Positions 47,921 to 62,500 of a DNA stretch of 64,000 nucleotides are shown here, one piece after another. The notes below the pieces were generated by a model. The model searched no databases. It was not told where the DNA came from and saw nothing but the letters and a program-made list of their open reading frames with translations. Origin of the DNA: Balanoglossus misakiensis. Its lineage: Eukaryota > Animalia > Hemichordata. Each line of letters starts with the position of its first letter. Positions within the stretch are counted from its first letter, which is position 1. Made by a program: the position numbers and the translations under genes. The DNA lies in NCBI GenBank assembly GCA_040954595.2, contig CM082587.2, positions 2,819,000-2,882,999 of the forward strand, given 5' to 3'.

Positions 47921-50900
47921 ATGTCTTCCGGGTACATTGTCGGTATATTTGGAAGCCATGCGCCGGATTCAAAATATTTGTGCAATTTTTGTGATCAAAT
48001 TTTGAAGGAACCCATGCAAACTTTTTGCGGTCATCGTTACTGTAAACAGTGTCTGGAACAGATCTTTTCAAGGTAAAGATTTCATTGTCGATAGTCTCAT
48101 TGATGTCTTCCTCTGTCTGTCTCTCTGTCTCTCTGTCTCTCTGTCTGTCTACTTCAATCCCGATGTACTTAACGTCGTCAATCGCAACGACTCCAAATTT
48201 CTTCTTTTAACATTTACAGGAGACACGCCTGTAGTGCCGGAACAGAAAGAAATGTAGGCTAAGATACAGCAGTACCTGTCACATGAATACTAGCATTCGT
48301 CATAAACTAAATAAAATAAAGGCATAGGCGAACTGACCAGGCGTCGGACAAACCCGAATGAGAATAAGATATAGTGTTCTGACCCTTCGTATTTTCTCGT
48401 TTTCTTTTTTCTGCAGTAGTGGCGAATCAGAGTTGTCTTGCAAAGCATGTCAGAGGGAAGGAAGCAACGATTCGCTATTGAGCACAGATCAGGTAAGAAA
48501 GGAAAAAATAAATGTCACAGCAATAGCGTTGACCAGAGTTTTTTGTCGCAGCTGAAATCAGAAATTGCAGTGCGGACAAACAGTTCGGATAGCATGTACC
48601 GACATGGGAACAATCGAACGATCGTCACTATTTGGTGAATCAACAAAAACAGGCTGTCATGAATGTTTTCTAGTGGTTTGACGTCACGTGTTGACCGTCT
48701 TGTAACTTTCAGATGTATAAAGACAGAGCAATTCTCAGAGAACTCAACGACTGCAGCGTAGAATGCCCAAATGAAGACTGCGATTGGAAAGGTCTCTACA
48801 AAGAATTTGACCGGGTAAGTAAAAAACCAGACCACCACAAAGCTTAATACGGAAATAACCTTGGTGAACCCACCGGGTTTTTCTATGCTGTTTACCATTT
48901 AAGGGAAAAAAATAGGGCGGCACGACATTTAAGCCAACTAATAATAGGGAACAAAATAACATTTAGTTCTTTTTATGTATTTTCGAGTGCTTCCGGGAGA
49001 TAAAATGCGTCCAGGTTGACTAGCGAATCCCGAAATAGCACTACTTGACCTGCGGGCAATGGCTGTCGTGCTAAGGCGGCTACGCAAGAACACGCGGGTC
49101 TTCGATTATCGGTAGATGTGAATCACATCGGGGTCAACAAGTCTCAACAAAAATGTCGAAATTTATTCTATAACTATAAAATATTCACCTCATTTATTGT
49201 GTTCGTAGGAGCATGTAGGTGGGTGTCCATCGGCTCTGATCGTCTGCATCAAGTCTGGTTGCGGAGCGAAGATAAAGAGAGATGTTTTAGCGGAACATTT
49301 GGAGAAGGAATGCACGATGAGGGTGGTCCAGTGCCGGTACTGCAAGGCAGAGCTACCGTACAGAGAACTCCAGGTAATGATATGCCGTAAAGGTTATAGT
49401 TTTTGTCTTTCTGAAGGACTTTATAACTCTGATGACTCAAAATGGGAAACGCGCGCTGCAGATTTGGGAGGATGGGAGGAGGAGCTGAATTAAAACAAAC
49501 CACGTGATTAGTCACTGCATTATCAACGTTTATTTTGGATTTCACTCACTTTGCAAATTTCTCCACGAGAAATGCATTCTTATTTTACACTTTTCTGAAT
49601 AAAAAATCCTATAATTTTGCTAAACGTATTGTTCATTTTTTTCTAACGACAGGTTCATTATGAAGAATGCGCTCAGTTTCCAATAAAATGTCAATTTTGT
49701 CACAAGGGGGATATCATTCGCGAAGAGGTGAGTCCGTTGGAAAATACCGCAATTTTTTTTCTAACTGTATCCAATGACATCACTGCCTCGTGACGTGACG
49801 TTTCACTTTCAGGTGACAGGTGTGTGATAACAATGTGAGGCGCACGTGATTCAGTTCAAGCTTCCGGGGTTTGCTCGGTTCTTTACACCCATTCATATTT
49901 AGACCATCTCAATTCTTTACTGCTCAAATTTCTTCATATAAACCACACCTTGTCCATCTTTCTCGTTTTAGCTGGCAGCCCATCTGAATACGGAAACTGG
50001 GGATTGTCCTAAGAAACTCTCACCTTGCAAATTTAAAGAAGTCGGATGCAGCGAACTGGTACGTAAATATCACGTCCGTGTTTCGCTTGTTGATTTTTTT
50101 ACCGGAAAGTTCTAAGGCCTAATAAAGAATGCGCTAAAATAATGTTGTTATCCATTTCCAGATCGAAGATGACAAAAAGGAAGATCATAACAAGGGATTC
50201 GTCGGTGAGCACCTGATAATGGTGATGAATACGATGCTGACCGTACTCTCTGCGGTCCAAAATGGGAAAGCCGATAATGGTGTGGACGAAGCAAAGAGAA
50301 AAATCGACGAACAGGACAAGAAGATCGACAGACTGGCCAGCGAATCGAAGAACCTGGAAACAGAAATGCAGGCGCTCAAAGAAAATCTGAAGAAAACAGC
50401 GGTTGTTGAGAATGGACTTAGTCTAACTGGATTCAAGACATCCCTAGAAAAAGTCCGGTCTGATTTTGAGACTCTTGGTAACAAACAGACGGTTTTACAG
50501 ACCAAAGTGACGACTTGCGAGGGAATCGTAGCCGTCTTGAATAAACAGATCGAGGAGGATCAGGGACGGTTGCACGAGGTGGAAAAGAGCAAACGGAGGG
50601 AAGGTGAGAAGATTGTAGAATTGGAACGCAAAGTCCAAGCACAGGACAGAATTATAGCGTTGAAGGATGTGGCTTTGGCTGAGAAGGACTTGAGAATACA
50701 ATCTTTAGAGACGGCTTCATATGATGGTGTTTTACTTTGGAAGATCTCGGATATAGCAAGAAAGCGCCGGGATGCAGTCTCGGGTAAAACCGTCTCCATT
50801 TATTCCCCGTGTTTCTACACAAGTCGCCATGGCTACAAGATGTGCGCCCGCATCTACCTGAATGGCGACGGTATGGGCAAAGGTAATCACGTGTCTGTCT

Positions 50901-51184
50901 TTTTCGTCGTCATGAAGGGCCATTATGACGCTCTCTTGAGATGGCCCTTTCGCCAGAAGGTCACTTTGATGTGGATCGATCAGAATAACAGGGAACACGT
51001 GATAGATGCTTTCAGACCGGATCCGTCATCGTCTTCTTTCAGAAGACCGACACAGGATATGAACATTGCAAGTGGGTGTCCTCTGTTCATGCCACTGTCG
51101 CAACTGGACAGTCCCAGACACGCCTACGTCAAAGATGATGTAGCATTTCTGAAAGTAATTGTGGATACGAGTGATTTGATTTAA
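47921..51184 (+). CDS. TRAF2: TNF receptor-associated factor, TRAF2(/1/5)-like; RING, TRAF zinc fingers, coiled coil, MATH; 7 coding exons
   Basis: SKYLCNFCDQILKEPMQTFCGHRYCKQC; MATH domain SYDGVLLWKISD..YSPCFYTSRHGYKMCARIYLNGDG..DALLRWPFRQKVTL..DQNNREHVIDAFRPD..DMNIASGCPLF, closest to recalled TRAF2. Confidence 0.88.
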
Positions 51185-51959
51185 CAAGAAAGTTAGTATT
51201 TTAATGTGCTTCAGTCTGTAATGCTGTGAGCTGGAAATCCTTTTCGTCAAACGAAAACGGAACATGTGTGTAATCCTCAAAGGATAAATATAGTACACTT
51301 ACTTTGAAAGATATAGAGTATTGCCGAAGTTATTGGCAATACCTGAGATAGGTTACAGTATTTGCAATGCAAACTGTGTTTACATGTATTCTATGTTCTA
51401 CAGTATTTTATCTCAAGAGGGAATCTTAAGTACGGAGACGGGGAGATTTAATAATTTAAGATGGAAGCGGTTGCGCGGTGACAAAGAAGTCAGTGACAGA
51501 TGCCTTAATTTTAACGGCAATTTTATTTGCACGATAACATGCACAATGTTTATTATAACCAGGCCGAATTTATCGTTTTGTAAGAGTTTATTTATATGAA
51601 GGTGTATTTTTTAATCAAAAATAAGCACGTACAATACAAATTACTATATATCGTGTTTTTGTCATTAACGTGATGTACTCAAATGTTAGAAATAAAATCT
51701 GGAAAGTGAAAAGCTTATGTTACATACTGAGTCAATGAAGTTTCTTTTTATATGAAGCAGCTGCAGACTTCATCAGTCAGAGCATAGACAGTAGAGGGGG
51801 AAAATCAACTGACCACTGTGTGGAAAAAAAGCACGAACCTTTGCGACTATATCATGTAAGCCCCCCCGTAATGACTGAAGGCTGTGCCCCTAAACATTTC
51901 TGTGCAGCGCCCCCAAGAAAAAGCAGTTTAACAGCAAATAAATAAGAAACAAACAAACG

Positions 51960-51978
51960 AAGGAAGTTCCCGGAAGTC
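51960..51978 (+). promoter_or_regulatory. Tandem ETS/GABP-type motifs upstream of CACYBP
   Basis: AGGAAGTTCCCGGAAGT about 120 bp before the ATG. Confidence 0.4.
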
Positions 51979-52091
51979 TCTTGTCACTGACACCGTGTTT
52001 ATGGTTTCAGTTGCATTTCGGCGACAAATAAAATTAAAAAGGAAAGTAACTCTCCTGAAGTATATATTATAATAAGAGCTGAGTTGCAGAA

Positions 52092-53601
52092 ATGGCTGAT
52101 GTCTTGAATGAGGTAAGCAAAGCCGTCAGTATGTACAGTTCACTGTGCCATGCCATGCGTGTCCACAACCGGTCGACCCACGTGTTCGATAAAGTATTCA
52201 TTGATATAGCGGAGACTACCACCTTGACCCCTGTGTAGTTGAAGTTCAATAAAATAGTTTCATGTTGATCGTGCACAGCTTAAACGTGACCGCGAGGAAC
52301 TTCAGAAGCTGCAGAACATCGCAACAAGACAGAAGGTCAAAGATCTGCTCTTGATAGAGCAGCGGAAAGTGGAGACAGAAATTGGCAGGCGAGAAGAACT
52401 GGCCAAGAAAGAAGCGGCTGAGAATGGCAGTGGCGATGCAGCGGCTGAGACTGAGGGTGCCGTGGGCGGAGAAGCTGCCAGCTCTTCCACAAAGACAGAA
52501 GCAAAGACACGTGTTTATACAGTCAAAATTATGAACTATGGTAGGTCTACTGACTACAATGACAGGCTACATCATAGACTTCTGAACTGGTGTGTGTATT
52601 GTTATGGTAATGTCAAGTCACATTTCACAACATGATATTTGTATTGTCCGTGTACTGACTTCACTTGGTAAAAACTAAATTGAAAATCTTTGTTTTTCCC
52701 CTGACACACAGGCTGGGATCAATCAGATAAGTTTCTCAAATTATACATCACAGTCAATGGTATTCACACTATACCTAAAGAAGATTCTGTTGTGACATTT
52801 GGAGACAAGTGAGTACTGCATTAAATCTGCATCAGTGTGCCCTCCAACAGACATAATTTTAAAAAGCTTTGAGTCAATTTGAGGATTTCTAGAAGTTTCT
52901 CTTGAGTCAGCCTTGTACTATTTACCCTGTATTCTTTGTTTTCAGATCTGTACATGTTTTTGTTAAAAATTTACAAGGGAAAAACCACGAACTCATAATC
53001 AACAATTTATTAAAGCAAGTTAAACCAGAAGAAAGTCACTTTAAGGTGGGTAAAAACTCTCTCATATTTTGTCCAAACATTACCCCAGACTAGCCTGGAG
53101 TCAAATAAGGTACTTACTGTGTTAGTTGATCCTTTTCAACTAAAATGATTCCATCATGTGACTTTATTTTCGGCCTGCAGGTGAAAACAGACATGTTAGT
53201 AGTGTTTCTGAAGAAAGCAAACAAAGAAACGTGGGCTTACGTGACTCAGAAAGACATGAAGGCAAAAGAGCCAAAGTAAGTCCGGGATTCAGCTCCTGTT
53301 TTATGTAATACTGCCCTCTAGAGGTAGTATGTATATATTTCCACCTAATCAGTCAGTCAGTCTTTCTGCAGTCCGAAAACCTTCAATAATATACCACACC
53401 TGTTTACATGTAAACAGATAAATTCTGATTATTTTCTCTCCTTGCAGAACTCCAAAATATGACAAAGAAAAAGACCCATCTGAAAGCATCATGGACATGA
53501 TGAAAAACATGTACGAGGAAGGCGACGACGAAATGAAACGCAGCATCGCAAAGGCGTACACGGAGTCTCGTAATAAACCTCCAGGAGACATGCCTATGTG
53601 A
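52092..53601 (+). CDS. CACYBP: Calcyclin-binding protein (Siah-interacting protein); 6 coding exons
   Basis: [52 protein letters not shown] (CS domain), VKTDMLVVFLKK, SGS domain DPSESIMDMMKNMYEEGDDEMKRSIAKAYTESR. Confidence 0.95.
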
Positions 53602-55980
53602 ACGAGAAACAAATAAAATTCAGACTTGGGGTGGGCAAAGTCTTCTAATGATGACAATAACATATTTTCATCTGCCACCTGTTTTTGTTCAGGATGGTTG
53701 CAGCTTTATATACTTGAAGAAATTCAAATTAAAGACATGACACCAGATGATTGTCACTGAAACTGCATCAAGATTTGTCATTGGTCCATCAAGTCACATG
53801 ATCGGTGTCGTGGAAACAAGCTAATTAGCCAGTGAGATATAGTTTTGCAACATGTAGCTCCACAATGTAGCTTGGTTTAGTATAGTAATTGCTCCTAGAA
53901 AACAGCATTTTGACTTCGGACAGTCCGGGAAAATCACTTGGAAATATTCTTGAAAGAGTTGTGACTCCCACTTTTTCATTTCAAATGCTGGTGCAGAACC
54001 TAAAGGTTTCCATGCAAGGGAGAAAGCTGCTTTCTTGCTTGCTTCATACCAACAAGTTCTTGAAACAAATGATTTTCAGTGATCTTTTTACCAGATGAAC
54101 ACTTTTGAAACTGGTTTCCAACTTCGACTTTTGGAAAAAAACTTTTCTAGTTTATCTTTAATTGAACCATGGTAACTGATTTGAATCACAGATTTACTTA
54201 AAAACAATAAAAAAAGTCTGTGTGAAGAACAGTAAATGTGTGGCTTGATTTGCTTAAGAAACTGCATGCTTTTATTGTCATGTGCCATTTAAAAAGTTGT
54301 TCCCAGAAAATACTGAAGTTATCTTGATTGTAAGAAAATAAAACTACCTAAACTCCACAGCTGGCCAACTATACATGTATGTAGGCACAGTTCCGCCACA
54401 AACCTCGAGAAACACGCGAGTAGCGATTCTTGTGTGACAGTGTCGGCCGAACTGGAGCGCGACTTTCACATCACCGACAGGGAATGTTTGGAAAAAGTGG
54501 AGCTAGGGTTGAATTTGGGTTTCAGGATTATGTGTTTCTTCAACCCAATTTCTCGCGGCCAAAGAATGAATTCGAGTGGGTAGGTAATCGATGAGCGACG
54601 TGACGACCCAACGAATCATTCGTTTTCTCGAGCGAGATGCGCAATTTTATGATATGTAGGCCTAGGTCCGATGTAGGCCTAAATCATTCAAGTTATTCGG
54701 ACTCGGGTTGCCTTTCTTCCATTTATTGCGAAATTCTGTCCAGTTGTTTATCTTGCCAAAGGCCGTAGAAGCGACGATGTATGACGAAACTTAATTCGTA
54801 AAGTTCCACCAAACAACTTTTTATACTAGTTTTGATATTTTTGATTAGTTTAGGCCTACATCGACTCAAGATCGCTTTTTGGACGAACGTTGACAAACAT
54901 TCTATCTCGTCGCACTTCAAGAAATAATTACAAGTTTTTTTAATTAATTTTTCTTGTAAAATTTGAATCCTTTGTCGGATACAGAAACTTTTAGGACCCA
55001 AAACCAACCCAACCAAAAACTACAGGGCCACTTTATAAGCTTTTAATACGACACGAGTCAGTGCACAGGTACCAAGACACCACAAAATACGCTTCCACAA
55101 TTTTGAGTGTTTTGGCAGGGCATCAAATCTTATGTATTGGGACTGACCTATGATATAAAATTTTAAGCCAGCCCTGTATGTCGCGTCAGTACCCTGCTGT
55201 CGAATGAATGAAATCATGCCTATCCTACCTGCCCAGTAAACCGACTCGTTCATGAGCGCTTATACTCCCCCAAGACAATTAATGCATTACATGATTGCTT
55301 TTTGCGGTTTAGTGTTGCGGAGGTCATGGCTAGCTGTGATACCATGGTAACAACACAGTTAAGTAAAGTGAACTTAAAAAGGTGCTTATAGTCTTGTATG
55401 CCTATGTCTTTGTATTGAAAACATCAATCAAACAAAAGCTCAAATGTCGGGGTCAACAAAAACAAACCCCGTGTCGATAGGAAGAAATGGACATTTTGGC
55501 TATAAAAATTACCATGGCCCATACATAGAAAACATTTTTTTTTCAAGCTATCGTTTCAGTAGTAGAACGTACACTTTCCTTTTGTCATAAGCTTTATACA
55601 TGTACTAGACAAGTCGAAAGGTCATTTCGTATTGTTCGTCAGTACGTGCGGGCGCTATCGGCGTCACAGTCGTCAATCCGTCATGACCTTTTTATTTTCG
55701 AAAATCCCGCAGAATGAAGCTCTCTAGGTTAGCCGTCATTTCAACTCTGTTGTTGCCAAGAATTCGTGGTATTTGGTGCTGCTTACTCGAGGATAACCTA
55801 AATAGCATCAAGTGACATTTCTGAAGCCTTCATAAGGAAATGGTTTCATTTCATAAGACTGTTTTGGTTTGCCATTTTTAACCTGAGATTTTTTTTTATA
55901 TTTGGGAACGAAAATTACGCGACACCAGGGGGTCGTGATAGGCATCGGCGGAGAGAGTGGAAACACGACGAAGGATCAAG

Positions 55981-56081
55981 ATGAACATGGCGGACTTGGA
56001 CGGGACTGTCCCACCTTTACCACCGAGGTACCGATTCAGGGATTTGGTTTTGGGGGACCACTATGCGGAGGGAGAGGACAG
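55981..56081 (+). CDS. KCNT2: First coding exon of Na+-activated K+ channel Slo2 (KCNT1/KCNT2 family); gene continues beyond the window
   Basis: (MN)[32 protein letters not shown] followed by donor AG|GTACGT. Matches the recalled KCNT2/Slack-A N-terminus [24 protein letters not shown]. Confidence 0.88.
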
Positions 56082-59000
56082 GTACGTAATTTTTTTTTAA
56101 GCGCGACTATCAGCTGCGCGGGCTTGCTTGAAACGAAAACGAATGCGCATTAGTCAGCGCGCACTGCTCGATGAAATCAACAAGTCTGTCGTGTGTTTGA
56201 TATCACGTTCCTGGCGTATTTTACTTCCCGAGAATACGCGAGTGACTTTGCGTATTGTCGCCGTGATTTTGTCGCGGGTGTGTGTGAGGATTCGTTAGTT
56301 CAATGGCACTGCTGTCTAACGAAATCGATCGATTTTAGTTCGTTGCCTGGGCACTTAATTTTCCGCACTGAGCGTCAAAAACGGGCGCAGTAGTACGCGT
56401 ACGTAACACAGAAGCCGTTCAGTAAGCGACACCGATTGGTGATTGTAGGTGATCGCAATTACCGATAACCCTTTAAAATGATCGGCCTTGGAAATAGCGT
56501 CGTACAATGTTTGTAAATATAAGTCTGTACGGTTAAACCGGTTCACTGTTGAGATACATGTACTAGATATTTGCGTAGAGTGTTTCAACGGCAATTCCTG
56601 TTTTCGTGGAAGGGTTTGTTCATATATTGTACATGAACAGTCTGTGAGAAATTGTCTGTTGACATTGCAGGAAATCAAATTATATAAAGTTACTAGCAAT
56701 AAAATTATGAAATGAAATAAAAGACTTATATACAGTCCAAGTTGCAGCACTGTGATTTATTTAACTGTACAAAACACATCTATAATTCAGTAAAAACCTG
56801 TCAATGGGGGTGGGGTGGATGTTTCCCCAAAAGTAGCAAATGTGTAGAATCTGCTACATAGAATTTAAGTGGTTGCCCAGGCAGTGTCATGTGTGAATTT
56901 CCTTTATTATTAATTTGCAGTCTCTTATTCTTTGTTGATATAATCATGCATCTACCACAGTCTGTGGTAGCTCCATGATGTAATCTAATGAAAGCTGGCT
57001 GTTGGATAAATCAAGAGAGCTAGTAGGGCCCTTAGCCACCACCCCCTCCCCAATCTGGGCCAGGGTAAATATGGTATTGGTGTGGTAGCTTGCAAGATTC
57101 AGTATTCTATTTTATAATGCTACAAAGTACATGTACCAGGATCATCAGGCCAGCTGTAAAATTGTCACTTCAGTGCCCTGATTCAATTTGCTGCTTCCAG
57201 ATCTAGCTCTTAATGGTCAGAACCAGAATAAGTGATGTGTTGCTAATTGTATTGACTGTATGTGATACTCTAGCATCATTATCAACATAGTCTAGCTTTT
57301 TATAGGAATAAACACTCTCAGTGTTGTAGCAAATTATTTCCAGAGGTTCATATCTTTGTAATATAGTCATTCATCCACAACTAAATTCAAATGAAGTCAA
57401 GATAATTTTGAATCTATTTTTTACCTTTATTTGAATATTACATAACAAACATGCAATTGATATCATGGGAGATATAATTAATTGATGTATTTCCCCCCAA
57501 AGTAATTTAGCTAGAGGTCAATGATTCATACTTCTAAGTACCAAACTCCTTTGAGTTAGACACTATAATATTGACATTGACAAAATTTATCAGTGTGTGC
57601 ACTCAGAAATATCTAACCCAAAGAAAGAATGTTTAAACCATGCATGGCCAGGTCCTATAGGCTAATGTGAACACTATACTACTGTGCATAAACTGCTTTG
57701 GGGGATTAATTTTTTTCTTTGGTTTACTTTTTGTTATTTCTTGAATAATTTATTTTCTGCTTTGTGGTATGAATTTTTAATATGATAGCCATATTATAAA
57801 ACGCGCCCACGCATAAGTTTTCCAAGGGGGTCCCAAAGCAATAATACAGTGATATAATAATCAAGTGAAATGCTCAAATCATCTGATTTATATTGAAGTG
57901 AATGATGAGAACTCACTCTTCGTTGGAAGAAAGTGTATATGAGAACAGAATAACAATAAAAGAGCAAGATTTAGTGTGGAATACTGTTTTGCAATAAAGT
58001 AGGTTAGTTGCAATCTATCGATGCGTTATCTAGTATTTTACTATACCAGAGCATTTTCATTGTATTTGCTTGATTGCTGTATTTTTAGGCGAGGCAGTTG
58101 ACCTTTGACCTAAAATAGACATATCATAGTGATACACAGTTCTGACTCATAATTTGACACTCAAATCAGCTGCACAGGAAAGGGTTTAAACTTTAATTCA
58201 TAAACACTGCATATATTTCTGTATTTTTTACTGTTGTCATGACAACCTTTCTGCATGCATGTCATCATCTCTTGATTGGGAGGTGTGAAGATAATGATAA
58301 TAATTGTGCTAAATTATTGATATAGCTTTCATTTAAATATCAATGGCAATTAATGAAAATAACATACATGGTAATAACTGGTAATATTAATACTGTTGAA
58401 GTGTATATTCTCATTACATTTTCTAAAGGTGGATACGTTAATTTGTAATTCATGCTAAGTGTTTAGAGTGGGTTTCTTGTGTTTTTGGATGAAGCTGATC
58501 GTGAAAAAAGATTAGCCATAAAACATGGAACTAGATCAATCATTGCAAACCCTATCAGGGAAATTTTCTTATGCTAGGGTGATGATTATGTCAGCTGAAC
58601 TGTACTGAATTCAGACGTATTTTGAATGCACAGTACACGTTAAAAAAAGAACATCCATTTAGGATTCAAGAATGTGCGTTCTGGGTGATTGCTTTGTCAG
58701 GTTTTTGCTCACATTTGCCAGAGGGGATGCATCGGCTTCGTTTCATGGGTTTCAGAGTTGCAAGATTGGGTAGCCAAATGCTTCCTGAATGTGAATGATA
58801 ACAAGGCATTCAAGGGAGGAGGACATTTTCTGTGAGGCTGTCGACTGACAATGACAGTTCATGTACAGCTGTAAAAATCTGACTGTAAACTTGCTGTTCA
58901 CAGACTATACTACTCTTTTTGGGTAACCCTCTTACATGTACTGGGTTTGTGAATCATGATCCCCATGAAGCTTTGACAACCAGGCCTGGTGGACAGCTGC

Positions 59001-59426
59001 AGTCTCCTGGTAGCTATACACACACTGCATCTGTTGCTGCTGGCTCAGGCTGCTCTGTCAGTGTGCTCAAGTAGAATGGGCACAAGGCTTTTATGTACCT
59101 TCCCAGATGCAGGGTTTTGAATAGTTTCTGGTGCAATCAGCACGGTAATATATTCCTGGCTATTGTTTCTTGCAACCCACTGTCTATTGTCCTGGATCTT
59201 GAAATGAATATGCATGAGGGGTGGGAGTATGGACACTTGCAGTGTATTGGAGATTATGTAACAGTTACTGGTGAAATGTATGCTGGGAGCCACTGTACTG
59301 GTCATGTGACAGGTCCTGGACAACTCCATGTCATCAAAGCTCAACTGACTGTTATATCCACTACATATAATATGAACAATGGGCACTTAAAAGCCGAAAA
59401 AAAGTCAATGCTTCTTTGCCAACATT

Positions 59427-59517
59427 TTATCGATTCACCCCATTCCCCTGTGTAGAAGTCCAACATTACCATAGAAAACAATGGATTTGGATCAAACCAT
59501 AGTGTTGAAAGGGTTAA
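59427..59517. mobile_element. piggyBac-type MITE remnant in the KCNT intron
   Basis: Right end TGAAAGGGTTAA; degenerate left end TTATCGATTCACCCC resembles TTAACCCTTTCACCCC at 17725. Confidence 0.45.
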
Positions 59518-62500
59518 AAACTTGACCCTCACATCATTCTGATGCTGCACAGCACAGCATGTATCAGTGTTCATTGTGTTGATCAGACCTGTACATTTGA
59601 CTGGGTGATTGGTTTCAATTATCTTTGATCTAAAAAAAGTGTGGTTAATTAGCCTTGATGTATGCAATTGTTAGTGTATTGCCATGATAATGATATACTG
59701 TTTGAATGATCAGCTAGTCTCCACAACCCTGTTTATGTATTATCACAATAAATATCGATATATAGATATGCATCATCCTGTTGTAAAATTGTGAATCTTT
59801 TATGACTTCTTATCCAAGGTGGTCTAAAATATGGCTTATCTGTAATTCTAATTGTACATCTGGAATGGGTGGTTAACATTTTATCATCATTTTATGGATG
59901 GAGTCACGCATTCACAATGTGATGGAAATTAATCTTCAAAAGGATATCGCCCTTGATTGCCATGCATGCATCCATACAAAAGCTCGAAACCCTGCAGCTT
60001 TATTTGCAGTGTTTGATTCATTTCAGTTTGTAACATTACCCTTTTATGTTGTCATGGTAACAGAGGATGCCTGGTGTCGTTCCGTATCCTGACCCCTGCG
60101 GTTTTGGCTATTATATGAGTGGCTCAAGTGGATTGTGCATTGCTATGGCAACCAAAGAGCAAAAAACAAATACCATTATCAATGGTAGGATCCGTTTAGT
60201 GTGCACAGTCTTAGACATCATTCATAAATATACGTGTAGATGCATTTAAATGCAGAACCACACATGCCGTGAAATAATTTCTTTCAAAATAAATGTAGGG
60301 CAGAATGATGGATGATTTTGGATGATTTCATCCAATAATTGTGTTTTACATGGATTCTGATAACACAGAGAAGAATATTTAATTATATTACCCTGCATTT
60401 TGGCCTAACTTTCAACTTTACTGACCATAAATCCTAAATAAACGAGCGTTTTTTAATTCTGTGTGCAAAACTGTTAACTCATCATCAACAATGTGATCAG
60501 TATTGTAAAAAAAAACTCTGCCCCGCCCTAGTCTGTGGTAGCCAATAAAACATTTTATCTGATGTGCTGGTAGGCCTCTCGTAGATCTTACATGATAAAA
60601 AGAAACAAACCTCTTTAAAGTCTTTAATCATCATCTTGCACATGGCTACATCCATTTTTATTCCTATGATCACGAAAACCTGTCTGGTAGAGCTTTTGTC
60701 GGCAGTCTAATTGGTAGTTATCACATGCGATTTTAATCTGGGCTGTAAATTTAAGCATCAGTGTGTGTGCATAATCAATGTACCATTTCAGGATAACATA
60801 TCATCTCGAAATCCTAGATTGCTTACAGTCATTGAGATTGTCTGCATTTACTTCCTGCTGTTGTAGAGTATCTTTTGCCATGGTTCAACCAATGATGTGC
60901 TGTATTTTTGTAGACCATGTATAACTGCTGGTACTGGGTGTGTCGAACTTCAACAGATGTTAACAATGGAAAATTATTTTTATGGAATCAATTTCTTTGC
61001 ATGAATGCCATATTTGTAGATTTCTGGACGTAAATACATTTGTCAGTGGTTGATTGATAGGTTTGTCAACAATTTCTCTTGTCACTCTTTGTGTTGAAAA
61101 CATTTCCATATTAATTAACACGCTTTGTTGACTGGGGATATGGAGAAGATTTAAGTATTTTACATATTAAAAATATGGTAAAAGTAGCCAGCTATTGAGG
61201 CTTATTGTTTGTTCAAAAGTAGGAGTGAGTGCACAGAATACAAGTAGTAGGATAGACTTATCCTTGAGAACTGTAAGTGATCGGTAATTTATGCAAATGT
61301 ATTCATCAAAGACAGTGTGCATCATAACTGATTGAGGGCCTATAGGTAATTTAGCCAGTTTGTGCTATATAAGGCAATATGTGCAAATTTTCTTTATCTG
61401 TGTGATTGATGTACATGGCCATGTCTCCACAATTGATGTTTTCTGTATGCTTAGACATGAACAAGTGTCTTCTGTAATCACAACAAATAGTCCAGTACTT
61501 TGCCATATTAGTGGGATAAGTGCAGTATCAGAAAGCAAATTGATTTATCAGTATCATTTATTATCGCTAGAAAAATATATAAATATTAAAAATGCTATTT
61601 TCTATTGGCATTTCGAAGATTAATTGTCATCATTCTTAGCAATGCAAAATTTCTCTGTGGCTGCCGTCAGTCTAGCAAAAAGCACTTGGCAGGTGGAATA
61701 GTTTGTTTGTGGTAATAATTCATCCTTGAAAATTAAAAGACAGCTGGTAAATATTCATGGTGCATGTAAATGTTCAAGGTTGTGTTTTATTTGATCAATG
61801 TACAATGTAAAATGTATGTCTGGTTCAGTACACGTATGTAGTTAGAATTGTACTCTCTGTTAGTTCATCAATTTTACAGTCTTCATTATGTTGCTCGGAG
61901 CAACCTTGACAGTTGACTATGGTATAATGTGATGGTAACCCAGGAAATGCTATAAAACTATGCAATTTATGGCTGTTGAAAACTAAATGCAAAAAGGTTG
62001 AACGAAATCTTTTGTTACATTCATAGTTCCTATAGAATCAATTGATTTGGAATTACAGCTGTATGAATTCAAGGAAATGAGATCAGAACCTACGCCTGAA
62101 ACCTTTATCTGATTGTGAAAATGAACAAAAATATATTTGACTTCAAATTGCAACTGCTTTCAGTGCTTGAATGGTAAATTCATTTTCGTATTTACCCCTA
62201 CTGTTGATGACCCAAGCAATTTGCCTTGTGTCAATTTATGGGAAGGCGTAATATTTGGAGATTAAATTATTTGAATGTTATTGCTATGGCAACCATGCAG
62301 AAGCCACTTCTTCTGTGTTGACACATGCTGGTGACCAGATTGGTATATGCAACTGTAATGTTTCCATGGTAATGGTTATATAAATAGAAGAATCATGTGA
62401 CATTTACATGTGTGCCCTTGGAAACTGGTCTTTTGGAAAATGAGTCATCGCCATGTATATTGTAGCATTATCTAAATATATTTAGTACAAATGTTAGCAG

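Noticed and set aside
54380-55300. CpG-rich segment with AGGCCT palindromes as a possible transposon
   Set aside because: No terminal repeats or transposase-like ORF found; more simply upstream regulatory DNA of the KCNT gene.
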